The position numbers and the translations under genes were made by a program. Below, one piece after another: positions 62,531 to 64,000 of a stretch of 64,000 nt of DNA. This stretch comes from an uncultured Flavobacteriales bacterium (lineage in GTDB: Bacteria; Bacteroidota; Bacteroidia; Flavobacteriales; BACL11). The stretch is taken from positions 8,642 through 72,641 of the forward strand of contig CAJIYM010000004.1 of the NCBI GenBank assembly GCA_905181635.1, written 5' to 3'. Numbering within the stretch: the first letter of the stretch is position 1; the number at the start of each line of letters is the position of its first letter. The notes beneath the pieces were generated by a model. It was not told the origin of the DNA. It made no database searches and saw nothing but the letters and a program-made list of their open reading frames with translations.

Positions 62531-63960
62531 TAATCCTTAAAAGTTGAGAATGGGAATGTTTTTATTCCAACTGAATACCATAAAGAAGTCTGATCTTGTA
62601 GATCAGACTTTTTCTTTTTATAAAATATAGAGGCAAAAATATCAAACCATTTAAACGAATAGGCCATTTCAGTACACAAAGTATTGATTTGGGTTGCAAC
62701 ACCTTGCCCATTAAAATTACCATAGGAATATTCACCCCCAGTACCTTGAGCATCAAAATCAGAAGCAAATATATTTTGCCCATAATGAGTATCAAGAGAA
62801 TCCAACCCAACTTTAGCATGGGTTAATTTAACACTAAACTTCCATTTTTCTTTACTGTATTTCACAAGTGCAACTAACTCCTTGAAATTTGCACCCAGTG
62901 GATGCGCTAAGGCCTGATTAAAATGCGTGTAAGATTGCATTGGCTCTTTATGAGCGTAAGTATAGGGCTGAGCTTGATTGTATTCTAACAATGCATTTAC
63001 TGTTTTAAAAGAAGATTTAAGACCTAATTGATAAGCAAACTTATTCTGAAAAAAACCTCCGCTATACTCCTCATCTCTATCTTTTTGTCGAGATATATTT
63101 AAATCATCTAATAAAAATTGACAATACAAAGTTGTTTTCTTAAAGTTTACATTAAAATTCGCTCCCATCAACACATTATCAGGAGAGTGTTTTGAAAACT
63201 CAACTGGCCGATAGAAAATAATCGGATTCAAATATTCAACATCATATCCCCTATTAAAATTCTCATCTTTTGCTTGCCAAATTACACCCTCAAAAATTCC
63301 AATATTTATATTTTCTGACAAACTAAAATCTAAAAAATGAATAGACGAATGTTTTTTTCTATTTTGATTTGGATCTTGAATATCTAAAAAGGTAGTATAT
63401 AAATTATAGTACCTAACTCTTCCAAATTCAGTAGTTAACTTTAAATATGGATAGTGAGAATGTTCAGCCGATAACAGTAGGGAACGATAACCATCTCCAA
63501 TAAAATGTTTTCCTTTTCCAAAATCAACAATTATGAAATTATTAACAAAATATTTCAAATTATATTGGACTCTATTATTTTTTATCCCGAATTCAGGAAA
63601 AACAAGTAATGAATCTTGATATTCGTTTAATAATGAATTATAATTTCCTGATAAATAATCAAAATGAGAAGTGAAAATTATTTTATTCTTAATATTAGTA
63701 ATTAAGCTTGCGCCAAATAAATATGTACTTGAGTAATCTAATTTATTGACTGAACCTATGCTAAACAATCTGTTTGGGAATATATTAATACTTGAACCTA
63801 CACTAAAACTTTGGGTTGTATCAGAATAAAAACTTGAAAGCGAATCAGAAAAAGAAGTATAAAAAGGATTATTAACTAGTGATTGAAATGTATTTATCTG
63901 TCCATTTACAAAAATAGGAAATAATAATATAATGCTAAATTTATAAAGCTTTTTCATCAC
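62527..63960 (-). CDS. Outer-membrane beta-barrel protein, Wzi/RemB-like (capsule-assembly family), tentative
   Basis: Signal peptide, the block GKGKHFIGDGYRSLLLSAEHSHYPYLKL reminiscent of Wzi-family proteins, and a C-terminal aromatic-rich strand. Convergent with the previous gene, overlapping it by 4 nt. Confidence 0.4.
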   Translation of the reverse strand: MMKKLYKFSIILLFPIFVNGQINTFQSLVNNPFYTSFSDSLSSFYSDTTQSFSVGSSINIFPNRLFSIGSVNKLDYSSTYLFGASLITNIKNKIIFTSHFDYLSGNYNSLLNEYQDSLLVFPEFGIKNNRVQYNLKYFVNNFIIVDFGKGKHFIGDGYRSLLLSAEHSHYPYLKLTTEFGRVRYYNLYTTFLDIQDPNQNRKKHSSIHFLDFSLSENINIGIFEGVIWQAKDENFNRGYDVEYLNPIIFYRPVEFSKHSPDNVLMGANFNVNFKKTTLYCQFLLDDLNISRQKDRDEEYSGGFFQNKFAYQLGLKSSFKTVNALLEYNQAQPYTYAHKEPMQSYTHFNQALAHPLGANFKELVALVKYSKEKWKFSVKLTHAKVGLDSLDTHYGQNIFASDFDAQGTGGEYSYGNFNGQGVATQINTLCTEMAYSFKWFDIFASIFYKKKKSDLQDQTSLWYSVGIKTFPFSTFKDY

Positions 63961-64000
63961 CTTTAAAAATATTCCAAACTGTAGAGAAAATTATATTAAT

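Overview
The window is a 64-kb, roughly 30% GC chromosomal segment that looks like a marine Flavobacteriia (Bacteroidota) genome. The evidence is C-terminal T9SS sorting domains, SprB repeats, TAnnTTTG -7 promoter boxes, no Shine-Dalgarno sequences and a Met105 proteorhodopsin. I saw no transposase, integrase, CRISPR array or obvious defence genes.

Content by region:
- 1-13 kb: housekeeping genes (LOG-family protein, uvrA, a lytic transglycosylase, rfbC, an FKBP PPIase, der, era, an ABC-F ATPase, initiator tRNA-Met).
- 13-33 kb: a dispersed photoheterotrophy and photoprotection neighbourhood. It holds proteorhodopsin plus blh; a divergent carotenoid locus (crtI-crtB, and carH-like/SRPBCC/TIGR01777/crtZ/fused lycopene cyclase); a zinc-less Fpg/Nei glycosylase; a SOUL-MsrA fusion; and an exported thioredoxin-like protein.
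- 33-47 kb: a TonB-dependent receptor, a TetR-controlled RND efflux operon, exported MsrB, a DjlA-like protein and a sulfotransferase.
- 47-64 kb: a cell-surface locus. It has a roughly 3,190-aa frameshift-interrupted T9SS protein, a divergent 1,134-aa SprB-repeat protein, a TPR/SPOR-like protein and a Wzi-like outer membrane protein.

Most interesting observation: a palindrome, TGTATAGA-N14-TCTATACA, always with a 14-nt spacer, occurs four times and only in promoter regions. The sites lie at the carH/crtI divergent promoter, upstream of proteorhodopsin, upstream of the micro-ORF/nei operon, and between a small basic ORF and the SOUL-msrA operon. The neighbouring MerR regulator carries both CarH signatures (Wx9EH and ExHxxG). 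This suggests a B12-dependent light regulon that includes the rhodopsin gene itself.

All domain calls come from motif recognition by eye; no searches were run.
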